From assembly GCA_041690355.1 (NCBI GenBank), contig JAWLHK010000010.1, positions 62,001-126,000 on the forward strand: DNA of 64,000 bases. The letters run 5' to 3'. Position 1 is the first letter of the stretch. Every line of letters starts with the position of its first letter. Shown here one piece after another: positions 32,458 to 40,990 of this stretch. A program made the position numbers and the translations under genes. The notes beneath the pieces are model-generated. The model had not been told where the DNA came from, ran no database searches, and saw only the letters and a program-made list of their open reading frames with translations. Source of the stretch: a bacterium. GTDB lineage: Bacteria; J088; JAWLBW01.

Positions 32458-32909
32458 AGAAGTCTCGGAGCGTAATCCAAGTTCGGGCTGTTGCATTTTT
32501 GGCAGCGATTTCCGTTGTTCTCACGTCGCCAAAAATATTCGTCCTTGATGCTGGTCCAGATCCCAGGGTGATTTCAACTGAATGGGTACCTGTTCTGTTG
32601 CTTTTCTTTGCATTGCTCGTTTATTTGGTTTCTCGTTTTCAGCTAGCCGCAAATGAAGGCGCGATTTCGCTAAAGACTTTTGTGACGTCCGTTGCGGAGC
32701 TGCTCTTGTCACTTTCAGGTTTGTTTGTATTATTTGCCGCGTTTACCTTGCTAACTGCAGGTGTTCAAGCGCTGAAGGGTAGTCCGGCAGTGGAGAGAAC
32801 TGACTTTGGGTATTTTGTTTTTTTAGCGATAGTTTACATAGTATTCGCTATTGCACTTTTCTTGTTTTGGAAGCGCTTTGGGATTCGTCACGAAACAGAT
32901 GGAAAGTGA
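32454..32909 (+). CDS. Putative immunity protein, ~4 TM helices
   Basis: ATGA overlap with the Rhs tip; AT-rich; hydrophobic. Confidence 0.65.
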   Translation: MKKSRSVIQVRAVAFLAAISVVLTSPKIFVLDAGPDPRVISTEWVPVLLLFFALLVYLVSRFQLAANEGAISLKTFVTSVAELLLSLSGLFVLFAAFTLLTAGVQALKGSPAVERTDFGYFVFLAIVYIVFAIALFLFWKRFGIRHETDGK

Positions 32910-32971
32910 CGTTGGAACAGAACACAGACAAGACCCACCCCGAAGCATTCCCCCTCGTAAATAGGCGCAGT

Positions 32972-33267
32972 GCCCGCGCGCGCCGGCGGCGGAGCCGCGA
33001 GCGAGTTTACATAACCTTTCCGGTTATGTAAAAGCGGGAGTGAGGGCAGCCTGCCGCTGCGCGGCGAAGGCTGATGGTCGATTGTCGATGGTCAACCCAA
33101 CCAACGCGCCCAAACCCATGCGCGTAGTGGCGGGCCACGGCGCATAAGAGCGCTCTTATGCGCTGTGCCGAATCCCTCCTTTGTCGGGACAGGCTCCGCG
33201 GCTCGCTCGCGGCCCTGCTCTCCCATCCTCCAACCTGAAAACACCCCGCCGCCGGCAGTGCGCGGGC
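32972..33267. other. Self-complementary element with XerD-arm-like and XerC-arm-like palindromes
   Basis: Outer stems 32972-32992/33246-33267 and 32994-33005/33202-33213; tttacataa-N9-ttatgtaaa; gcgcataa-N8-ttatgcgc. Confidence 0.65.
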
Positions 33268-33336
33268 GCGCGCCGTCGTGGAGGAACCGGTCGTCACCTT
33301 TCGCCTGGCGAGTGACTGCAGGGGATTGTGTCATAG

Positions 33337-33350
33337 TGCCATTTATGGCA
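33337..33350. promoter_or_regulatory. Palindromic operator candidate for the TA operon
   Basis: TGCCAT-TT-ATGGCA just upstream of the toxin GTG. Confidence 0.6.
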
Positions 33351-33360
33351 TTCTGCTCGG

Positions 33361-33660
33361 GTGCGGATTGAAAAAGCCCCTGAGTTCACGGATTGGATGG
33401 ACTCCCTGACCAGGAAAGAACAGGGGCAGATTCTGGCCCGCCTGCAACGCCTGGAGCTCTACGACTTTTTCGGAGACGCAAAGAGCTTGGGCGACGGGCT
33501 CGCAGAGCTTCGCTGGCAGAATGGATGGCGGGTCTACTTCGCCAAGGCCATGCGCAGTGATGGGTCAGTTGTCGTTTTGTTACTCGGGGGAATGAAGAAT
33601 GCCCAGAAAAAAGACATCGAAAGAGCGCGGCTTCTCCTTCGACGATATGCCGGCGGTTAA
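33361..33660 (+). CDS. Type II TA toxin, RelE/HigB-like (addiction module killer)
   Basis: GDAKSLGDGLAELR..GWRVYF..LLLGG.K..QKKDI pattern. Confidence 0.9.
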   Translation: MRIEKAPEFTDWMDSLTRKEQGQILARLQRLELYDFFGDAKSLGDGLAELRWQNGWRVYFAKAMRSDGSVVVLLLGGMKNAQKKDIERARLLLRRYAGG

Positions 33661-33931
33661 GATACGGAAGGGAGCCCCGGTTCGCCCTTACTCTCCCTCG
33701 GCCAAGATGCGGGAGAAGAGGTTCATCGCCGATGCGCTCATGGAATGTCTCAGAGACGGTGACGCGGAGGCGTTCAAGGAAATCCTCGGGGCGCATTTGG
33801 AAGCCATCAACAAAGCCGAATTCGCAGAGCGGACGCAGATCCCCAAGCGAACGCTTTACCGCATGGTATCGAAGCGGGGCAATCCCACGCTGGAGAACAT
33901 CGCCAAGGTCGTTCACGCCCTCTGCGCCTAA
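33599..33931 (+). CDS. HTH antitoxin (addiction module antidote, HigA-like)
   Basis: KAEFAERTQIPKRTLYRMVS..GNPTLENI; downstream of and overlapping the toxin. Confidence 0.88.
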   Translation: MPRKKTSKERGFSFDDMPAVKIRKGAPVRPYSPSAKMREKRFIADALMECLRDGDAEAFKEILGAHLEAINKAEFAERTQIPKRTLYRMVSKRGNPTLENIAKVVHALCA

Positions 33932-33962
33932 CTCTCGGCGTTCGCCTGGGCCTCCCCCCGTT

Positions 33963-34011
33963 CAGGAATCAGGCATCAGGAATCAGGAATCAATCACGCA
34001 TCAGGAATGGC
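33963..34011 (-). repeat. CAGGAAT heptamer array (inverse of the 31823 array)
   Basis: caggaat caggcat caggaat caggaat caat cacgcat caggaat ggc. Confidence 0.9.
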
Positions 34012-34025
34012 GCGGGCGCCCAGAT

Positions 34026-34829
34026 TCACTCGCCTTCACCTTCTGCGCCCTCGCCCGCGCCCGCCCCGTGCCGTCCGGCCCCCTTCACGAACCGCCCGAC
34101 ACCGTCCCGGATTTCCGGTGAGGCGAGCGAACGGAGACCGTGGCGGAACTCGTTCGCCAACGCGTCTTCCAGCGACATGCCGAACTGCTCGTACGCCGAC
34201 ACGCGATCGTTCCGCATGCACTCCTGGGGAAGCGTGGCGATCTGACGCGCGAGCAGTTCCGCCTCCTGGCGGGCCGTGCCCGGCGCGACCACGCGGTTCG
34301 CGAGGCCGATGGTGAGCGCCTCGTCGGCGTGCACCGCACGGCCCGTGAGGATCAGATCGAGCGCGCGCGACAGGCCGATCAGGCGCGGCAGGCGCACCGT
34401 GCCGCCATCGATGAGCGGAACCCCCCAGCGCCGGCAGAAGACGCCGAAGACCGCGTCCTCCTCCACCACACGAAGATCGCACCAGACGGCCAGCTCGAGT
34501 CCGCCGGCGACCGCGTGGCCGGCCACGGCGGCGATAACCGGCTTCGAGAGCAGCATGCGGCTCGGGCCCATCGGACCGTCCCCTTCGGGATCGATCCGGT
34601 TGGACCTCTCGGAACCGAACGCCTTCAGGTCCGCGCCGGCGCAGAAAACGCCGCCGGCCCCCCACAACACGGCCACGCGGGCTTCGGCATCCGCCTCGAA
34701 GGCGCGGAAGGCGTCGGCCAGCGCGTGCGCCGTGGGGCCGTCGACGGCATTGCGAACGTCGGGCCGGTCGAGGATCACCGTCGTGACCGGCCCGTTCTTC
34801 TCCACGCGAACCATGGCGGCAGCGCTCAC
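34026..34829 (-). CDS. Enoyl-CoA hydratase/isomerase (crotonase) family
   Basis: FCAGADLK, AVAGGLELA and GVPLIDGGTVRLPRLIG. Confidence 0.93.
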   Translation of the reverse strand: MSAAAMVRVEKNGPVTTVILDRPDVRNAVDGPTAHALADAFRAFEADAEARVAVLWGAGGVFCAGADLKAFGSERSNRIDPEGDGPMGPSRMLLSKPVIAAVAGHAVAGGLELAVWCDLRVVEEDAVFGVFCRRWGVPLIDGGTVRLPRLIGLSRALDLILTGRAVHADEALTIGLANRVVAPGTARQEAELLARQIATLPQECMRNDRVSAYEQFGMSLEDALANEFRHGLRSLASPEIRDGVGRFVKGAGRHGAGAGEGAEGEGE

Positions 34830-35596
34830 TTCGGCGGCATGCGCAGGGCGCCGTCGATACGGATGGTTTCGCCGTTGACGTACTTGTTGCTGATGATGAA
34901 GGCGACCAGGTCCGCATAGTCCTTCGGGTCCCCGAGCTTGCTGGGGAACGGGATCTGCGCTTCGAGCTGCTTCTTGTAGTCGTCGCTCACCATCTGCATC
35001 ATCGGCGTGTTGAAGGTGCCGGGCGCGACGGTGTTGCAGCGGATGCCGACGCGGGCCAGATCGCGCGCCACGGGGAGCGTCATGCCGACGATGCCGCCCT
35101 TGGAAGCGGAGTAGGCGACCTGCCCGATCTGCCCGTCGAAGGCCGCAATGGAGGCGGTGTTGACGATCACGCCGCGCTCGCCGTTGGCGTCGGGCTCGTT
35201 GCGGGCCATGCGCGAGGCGGCCAGGCGCATGACGTTGAAGGTGCCGATCAGGTTGACCTGGATCGTCATGGCGAACAGGTCGAGATCGTGCGGCGAGCCG
35301 TCCTTGTTCAGCACCCGGCCGGCGGTGCCGACCCCCGCGCAGTTGACGGCAGCGGTCAGGCGGCCGAACTTCGCGACGGCGTCATCGCAGGCCTTTTCGA
35401 CCGCCGCGCCATCGGTGACGTCGGCGGGGGTGAAGAGCGCCGCGGCGCCCAGTTCGGCGGCCAGGTCGGCTCCCTTGGAGTTCGGGCGGTCAAGGATGGC
35501 CGCCTTGCCCCCTTCGGCAATGATGCGGCGCACGGTGGCTTCGCCGAGCCCCGAGGCTCCGCCGGTCACAATCGCTACGGTTTCGTTCAGCTGCAT
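34826..35596 (-). CDS. SDR 3-hydroxyacyl-CoA dehydrogenase type 2 (HSD17B10-like)
   Basis: TGGASGLG, NCAG, YSASK and GETIRIDGALRM. Confidence 0.93.
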   Translation of the reverse strand: MQLNETVAIVTGGASGLGEATVRRIIAEGGKAAILDRPNSKGADLAAELGAAALFTPADVTDGAAVEKACDDAVAKFGRLTAAVNCAGVGTAGRVLNKDGSPHDLDLFAMTIQVNLIGTFNVMRLAASRMARNEPDANGERGVIVNTASIAAFDGQIGQVAYSASKGGIVGMTLPVARDLARVGIRCNTVAPGTFNTPMMQMVSDDYKKQLEAQIPFPSKLGDPKDYADLVAFIISNKYVNGETIRIDGALRMPPK

Positions 35597-35607
35597 GGTC
35601 GTCCTCG

Positions 35608-36486
35608 TTACGGAAGAGTGAATGGAAGGTCGAGTGCGCAGTCGCCGTCGAGCCACTGGCGCAGGATGGAGGCCACCGCTTCGGGCTGCTCCATCGGAAG
35701 AAAGTGTCCGGCCCCCTGCATTTCGATCAGGCGCGCCTTCGGCAGCCGCTTTTCGAGCGCGGCGGCCGCATTCCGCAGAAAGGTGTCGCTGCGGGCGCCG
35801 CGCAGGATCAGCACCGGACAGCGCACGCGGCGCACGCGCGTCCAGAAGCTGACGGGCCAGGTCGTGAAGATGCGGGCTTCGATGTGCCGGTCGCAGGCGA
35901 GCCGCACGCCGTTGTCGGTCGGCACCGTTCCCCAGTGCACGTAGGCTTCGAGAAATTCGCGCTTCCACGTGCGGAAGGCCGGCTTGCTCTCATAGGACGC
36001 GAGGATGCTCTCGCGGTCGGGGAACTCCATGCGCCGCCCCATGGTCGCGCGCACGAGCGGGTGGCCGTTGCGGATACCGGGGAGCTGGGCGAAGGCGAGC
36101 GGGGCCATGTAGTGCGGCGCGAAGATGACCGGATCGAGCAGCGCGATGGCCCGAAAGGTGCCCGGCCGCGCCGCCTCGGTCAGCAGCGCGAGCACGCCGC
36201 CGAGGGAGTGGCCGATGGCGACGGGGTTCGCGAAGAGCCCGGTGGCTTCCCATCCGCGGATATCGTCGAGAAAGTCGTTCCAGTTACGGATGGTCTCGGG
36301 CTGGAACGAGCCGCCGTGCCCGCGGAAGTCGGGGGCCACCCAGCGGCGCGAAAGCTGCTTCAGCAGCGGTCCGTAGGTACCGCCGTTGAACCCGTTGGCG
36401 TGCAGCATGACGAGTTCCGCCGGCGGTTCGCCTTCGCGCACGGCGTGGTAAAGCCTGCCGTCGATGTCCCAGGTGAACGACTCCAT
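35608..36486 (-). CDS. Alpha/beta hydrolase
   Basis: HANGF, GHSLGG nucleophile elbow and GHFLPMEQP. Confidence 0.9.
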   Translation of the reverse strand: MESFTWDIDGRLYHAVREGEPPAELVMLHANGFNGGTYGPLLKQLSRRWVAPDFRGHGGSFQPETIRNWNDFLDDIRGWEATGLFANPVAIGHSLGGVLALLTEAARPGTFRAIALLDPVIFAPHYMAPLAFAQLPGIRNGHPLVRATMGRRMEFPDRESILASYESKPAFRTWKREFLEAYVHWGTVPTDNGVRLACDRHIEARIFTTWPVSFWTRVRRVRCPVLILRGARSDTFLRNAAAALEKRLPKARLIEMQGAGHFLPMEQPEAVASILRQWLDGDCALDLPFTLP

Positions 36487-36506
36487 CAACCGGTCAGGGT
36501 AGCACT

Positions 36507-36820
36507 TGCCATCCCGGCAGTCACCTGCCGGGATGGCATTCCTGATGCCTGATTCCGAATACCTGAGAAGCAAGAACCTTCAGACAAAGCGCCAAGCGCC
36601 GAGCACCGAGCGCCAACCAGCAAGTACCAGCCGCCGGTCATCCCGGCAGCCACCGCAGGGATGGCATTCCTGATTCCTGATTCCGAATTCCTGAGAAGCA
36701 AGAACCTGCAGACCAAGCGCCAAGCGCCGAGCGCTGAGCGCCAACCAGCAAGCACCAGACTCCGGCCGCCGGTCTCTGCCCGTTCCGCTCAAGAATTAAG
36801 AATCAGGAATCAGGAATGGC
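36507..36820. repeat. Composite repeat: ~129-bp tandem duplication with hairpins and heptamer arrays, closed by an inverted heptamer array
   Basis: Units start at 36510 and 36639; 14-bp perfect IR at 36507-36538; caagaat/caggaat array at 36790-36820. Confidence 0.85.
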
Positions 36821-36823
36821 CGC

Positions 36824-37462
36824 TCACGCACCCAGGTGCGCGAGGATGTCCTGCGGTTCCTGCAGCCACAGGGTGGCGAACGGGTCGAGTTCGGCGCGGC
36901 TGCCGTAGCCCCAGGCCGCCGCCCAGAAGGGGAACCCGCAGGCCCGGCCGAGGCGGCCGTCGGGTTCGCCGTCGCCGACGATGACAAGGTCCGAGACCTG
37001 CACGCCGACGGCTTCGGCGATGTGCACGGCCACGCCGGGATCGGGCTTGCGCACCGGAAGCGTGTCGCCGCCGATGAGCACCTCGAAGCGGCTGCGGATC
37101 CCGAGGCCCTCCAGAATCTTGGCGGCGAACCGCTCGGGCTTGTTCGTCGCGCAGACCAGACGGACGTCGGCGCGCAGCACGGCATCCCAGCCGGCGAAGA
37201 GGCGGCTGTGGTCGAGCAGGTGCTCGTCGTAATGCGCGAAGAACCAGTTGCGCGCCGCATCGATCCTGGCCGGATCGTCGGTTCCCAGGGCCTTGAGCAG
37301 GAGCACCGTGGCCCCCTGACCGACGAAGGAGCGGATCTCCTCTTCGGGGCGTGTCGGGCAATCCATCGCGGCCAGGGTGGCGTTGACCGAGAGGGCGAGA
37401 TCCTTCGTCGTGTCGACGAGGGTCCCGTCCATGTCGACGAGCAGAACGGGCGTGCGCTTCAT
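36824..37462 (-). CDS. HAD hydrolase, phosphoglycolate phosphatase-like
   Basis: DMDGTLVDT, TNKP, KPDP and VGDGEPD. Confidence 0.88.
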   Translation of the reverse strand: MKRTPVLLVDMDGTLVDTTKDLALSVNATLAAMDCPTRPEEEIRSFVGQGATVLLLKALGTDDPARIDAARNWFFAHYDEHLLDHSRLFAGWDAVLRADVRLVCATNKPERFAAKILEGLGIRSRFEVLIGGDTLPVRKPDPGVAVHIAEAVGVQVSDLVIVGDGEPDGRLGRACGFPFWAAAWGYGSRAELDPFATLWLQEPQDILAHLGA

Positions 37463-37478
37463 GCTACCGGAGTTCCGC

Positions 37479-38975
37479 TCAGAGCAGGTTTTCGATCTCG
37501 AACTTCTCGCGGTGCAGATCCTTCTTGCGCACGACGATCCGCTTCTTGAAGCGCTTCTCGAGTGCCTCGATGGCCGGGCGCTCCTCATCGTAGAGGCGCT
37601 CGGCGATGGCCGGGTGCACGTTGAGGTGGATCTTGCGGTCACGCAGGTTCGGAAGCTCCTTCTGCAGCGTGCGGTAGATCTCGGCGCAGACCGTCTTCTC
37701 GCTGCGGATGTACCCCTTGCCGTCGCAGTAGGGGCAGCTTTCGGCGAGGATGCGCATCAGGCTTTCGCGCGTGCGCTTGCGGGTCATTTCGACCAGCCCG
37801 AGCTCGCTGATCTTGAGGATGTTGCTCTTGGCCTTGTCGCGCCGCAGGGCGTCGCGCAGCGCCCCGTAGACCTTGTCGCGGTTCGCGGCCTTGTTCATGT
37901 CGATGAAATCGAGAATGATCAGGCCGCCGATGTTGCGCAGGCGCAGCTGGTAAACGATCTCCTTGGCCGCCTCGAGATTCGTCTTGAGGATCGTCTCTTC
38001 GAGGTCGCGCTTGCCGACGAACTTGCCGGTGTTCACGTCGACCGCCACGAGCGCCTCGGCCTGCTCGATGACCAGATATCCGCCGCTCTTGAGCCAGACC
38101 TTGGTGCCGAGCGCTTCGTCGAGGGCCGGTTCGATCTGGAAGTGGTCGAAGATCGGCTCCTTCCCCTCATACAGGATGATGTCGTCACGCCGGTGGGGGA
38201 GGAGGTTGTCGACGAAATTCTTCACCTTCTCGTATTCCGCCGGGTCATCGATGACGACGCGCGCGACATCGGGGCCGAAGAAGTCGCGCACCGACCGCAG
38301 CGAGAGATCCATTTCGCTGTAGGCGGCGCAGGGGGCCTTCATGCGGCTGAAGCGCTGCTGAATCGAGTTCCACGTCTTGGCGAGGTAGTCAATGTCGCTC
38401 TTCAAATCCTCTTCGCTGCGCCCTTCGGCGGCCGTGCGTACGATGAAGCCGATCCCCTCGGGGCGCAGGCGGTTCACGATGCTCTTCAGGCGTCCCCGTT
38501 CGGCAGACTCCTCGATGCGGCGGCTGACGCCGACATGGTTCACCGTGGGCATGAGCACGACATAGCGGCCGGGTATCGACACGTAACTCGTGATGCGCGC
38601 GCCCTTCGTGCTGATCGGATCCTTGGCGACCTGGACGAGAATCTCCTGCCCCTCTTTGAGCAGATCCTGAATGCGCTCCTTCTCGCGATCGCGCTCGCGC
38701 TTGACCGCTTCGGCGTCCTCGTCGTCGCCGTAGTGTTCGATCTCTTCGAGGATGTCGCTGACATAGAGAAAGGCGGCGCGCTCGAGGCCGATGTCGACGA
38801 AGGCGGCCTGCATGCCGGGGAGCACGCGGGAGACGCGCCCCTTGTAGATGTTGCCGATGACCGAACCGCCCGCTTCGCCGGGCCGTTCCACATAGAGTTC
38901 GACGACGGCGCCCCCTTCCATGAGGGCGACCCGCGTTTCGATCGGGGTGGCGTTGATGATGAGTTCGCTGCGCAT
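37479..38975 (-). CDS. rng: Ribonuclease G (Rne/Rng family)
   Basis: GNIYKGRV, AAFVDIG, DVNTG, LRNIGGLIILDFIDM and CPYC; ~500 aa. Confidence 0.95.
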   Translation of the reverse strand: MRSELIINATPIETRVALMEGGAVVELYVERPGEAGGSVIGNIYKGRVSRVLPGMQAAFVDIGLERAAFLYVSDILEEIEHYGDDEDAEAVKRERDREKERIQDLLKEGQEILVQVAKDPISTKGARITSYVSIPGRYVVLMPTVNHVGVSRRIEESAERGRLKSIVNRLRPEGIGFIVRTAAEGRSEEDLKSDIDYLAKTWNSIQQRFSRMKAPCAAYSEMDLSLRSVRDFFGPDVARVVIDDPAEYEKVKNFVDNLLPHRRDDIILYEGKEPIFDHFQIEPALDEALGTKVWLKSGGYLVIEQAEALVAVDVNTGKFVGKRDLEETILKTNLEAAKEIVYQLRLRNIGGLIILDFIDMNKAANRDKVYGALRDALRRDKAKSNILKISELGLVEMTRKRTRESLMRILAESCPYCDGKGYIRSEKTVCAEIYRTLQKELPNLRDRKIHLNVHPAIAERLYDEERPAIEALEKRFKKRIVVRKKDLHREKFEIENLL

Positions 38976-39197
38976 GAAACCTCGCGGGCGGCCGGCCTGA
39001 GCCGCAACAGGCAGGAGGACGCGAGGCGCCTCTCCCCGGGAAAAAGGGGGGGGAAAGGTCCCGCTTCGACGTGGCCTGCCTGGATGGGAACGCGCTCGGC
39101 AGGCCATATACCGAAGCGGCGGAAAAATCGTGGGGGCCCCCGAAGGAACCCGAAAGAGGGATTATACCATCCCCGGAGGCTGCTACAATAACCGCGC

Positions 39198-39905
39198 ATG
39201 GCCCGAGTCGCCGTCATACTGATCGGAAACGAACTGCTGAGCGGAAAGATCGAGGATCAGAACGCCCGCTATGCCGTGCGGCTGCTGCGCGAGCGGGGGG
39301 CCGATCTTGAGCGCATCGCCGTCATTCCCGACGCCATCGGCGAGATCGCGGCCGAGGTGCGCCGGTGCGTCGCCGACTACGACTGGGTCATCACCTCGGG
39401 CGGGGTGGGCCCCACGCACGACGACATGACCTACGAGGGGGTGGCCGCCGGCCTTGAGGTGCCGCTCGTCGAGCACGCCGAGGTCGCCGCCATGCTGCGC
39501 ACCTATTTCGGCACGCGTCTGACCGACGACCACCTGCGCATGGCCCGCTTTCCCGAGGGGGCCCTCGTGCACACGGGGTTGAACCTGCCGATCCCCGTCG
39601 TGACCGTGGGCAGGGTCGCCGTGCTCCCCGGCATCCCTTCCCTTTTCCGCATGGCGCTCGATTTTCTGGCGCCGATGTTCCAGGGGCTCCCGTTCTTTCT
39701 CGAAGAGGTTGTCTGCCATCACGACGAAGGCGAAATCGCGGCGTTTCTGCGTGACGTCCAGCAGCGCTTCGCCGACGTCAGCATCGGGTCCTACCCGGGG
39801 CGCACGGCCGACGGCGTCGAGATGGTGCGCATTACCGTCGAGGGGCGCAGCGAGCGATCGGTGGCCGCGGCGGCAGCGGAAATCCGCGGGCGGCTGCTCG
39901 CCTGA
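39198..39905 (+). CDS. CinA-like molybdopterin-binding domain protein
   Basis: IGNELLSG, SGGVGPTHDD, LPGIP and IGSYP. Confidence 0.88.
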   Translation: MARVAVILIGNELLSGKIEDQNARYAVRLLRERGADLERIAVIPDAIGEIAAEVRRCVADYDWVITSGGVGPTHDDMTYEGVAAGLEVPLVEHAEVAAMLRTYFGTRLTDDHLRMARFPEGALVHTGLNLPIPVVTVGRVAVLPGIPSLFRMALDFLAPMFQGLPFFLEEVVCHHDEGEIAAFLRDVQQRFADVSIGSYPGRTADGVEMVRITVEGRSERSVAAAAAEIRGRLLA

Positions 39906-39952
39906 GCCCTCCGGCGTTTGTCCGGCCCCTTGTCGGGATGGTAAGATCCAGC

Positions 39953-40972
39953 ATGGCGGGCGAGTACACCACAGCCTTGAAACCGGCGCGGCCGCAGGCC
40001 GACCTGCTCCCGCAGGAGCTCGACGTGCGTGTGCTCTGCATGCACGAGGGGCGCCAGGAAGACATTCCGCTGCGCCGCCGCCGCACGACCTTCGGCCGCG
40101 GCGATGCCGATGTCGTCATTGACGATCCGACCGTGAGCCGCAAGCACTTCCAGATCGAGGTCGTGCGCGGCAACGTCGTGCTGCACGATCTCGCCAGCGC
40201 CAACGGCACGATTTACCGCGGCCGCTGGATCACCTCGGTGAACCTGCGCGACGGCGATCACTTTCAGGCCGGCAACTCCCGCTTTCACATCGTCATCCGC
40301 ACGACGAACCTCATGCCCGCCCGGCTGCTGGCCCTCGTCGCCCTGGCGGGGGAAGAGGGCTCGGCGCTCGCGGGGCTTCTCGATACCGAGGTCTTCGCCG
40401 TGCGCACGGTCGATCCCGATGCGCTGCTCGACACCTGCCGCTTCGAGCTGCCCGATCTCGTCGTCGTCGATGCGTCGGCGCGCGCGCTCGCGGCCGTCGA
40501 GAACCTCAAGCGGCTCCCCCGCCTGCGCAACATCCACATCGTCACCCTGCTGGGTCCCGAAGAGTCGGGGCAGGAGGCCAAGTGGCGCAGCGCAGGGGCG
40601 AATGAAGTGCTCGAACGCCCCGTGCCGGCCGAGCTTCTGCAGGGGATCGCCGAGCAGGTCGCCCGGCGCCCGGTCTCGCGGGAACTCAACTTTCCGGTGA
40701 CCGTGCGCACTGAAGAGGGGCGTGACGGCCACGGCCGGCTGCTCAACCTGCACGTGCGCGGCGCGCGGGTGCGCTTCGATGGCCGTCAACGCCCCAAGCC
40801 AGGGAGCACGGTGTCGCTCAAAATCCTGCTCCCCAACGAATACGGGGTCGTACAGGTGCGCGGCATCTGGCACGACGACGACGGCAACGAGGCCTCGGTC
40901 GCCTTCTCGCATTACGAGGGAAACGGCCAGCTTCAGGTGCGCCGCATCGTCAACGACGCCCCGATGCGCTGA
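39953..40972 (+). CDS. FHA + receiver-like + PilZ-like signalling protein
   Basis: GR..VSRKH..DLASANGT (FHA); PDLVVVD (REC-like); RRPVSR..NLHVRG (degenerate PilZ). Confidence 0.75.
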   Translation: MAGEYTTALKPARPQADLLPQELDVRVLCMHEGRQEDIPLRRRRTTFGRGDADVVIDDPTVSRKHFQIEVVRGNVVLHDLASANGTIYRGRWITSVNLRDGDHFQAGNSRFHIVIRTTNLMPARLLALVALAGEEGSALAGLLDTEVFAVRTVDPDALLDTCRFELPDLVVVDASARALAAVENLKRLPRLRNIHIVTLLGPEESGQEAKWRSAGANEVLERPVPAELLQGIAEQVARRPVSRELNFPVTVRTEEGRDGHGRLLNLHVRGARVRFDGRQRPKPGSTVSLKILLPNEYGVVQVRGIWHDDDGNEASVAFSHYEGNGQLQVRRIVNDAPMR

Positions 40973-40990
40973 GGGCGCCTTTCCCTTTCC

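Noticed and set aside
33004-33032. Chromosomal dif site
   Set aside because: Both arms are XerD-like, the spacer is 9 bp and the site is near oriC; kept only as a dif-arm-like palindrome
36507-36820. CRISPR array
   Set aside because: Whole units are duplicated with no unique spacers, and no cas genes are present
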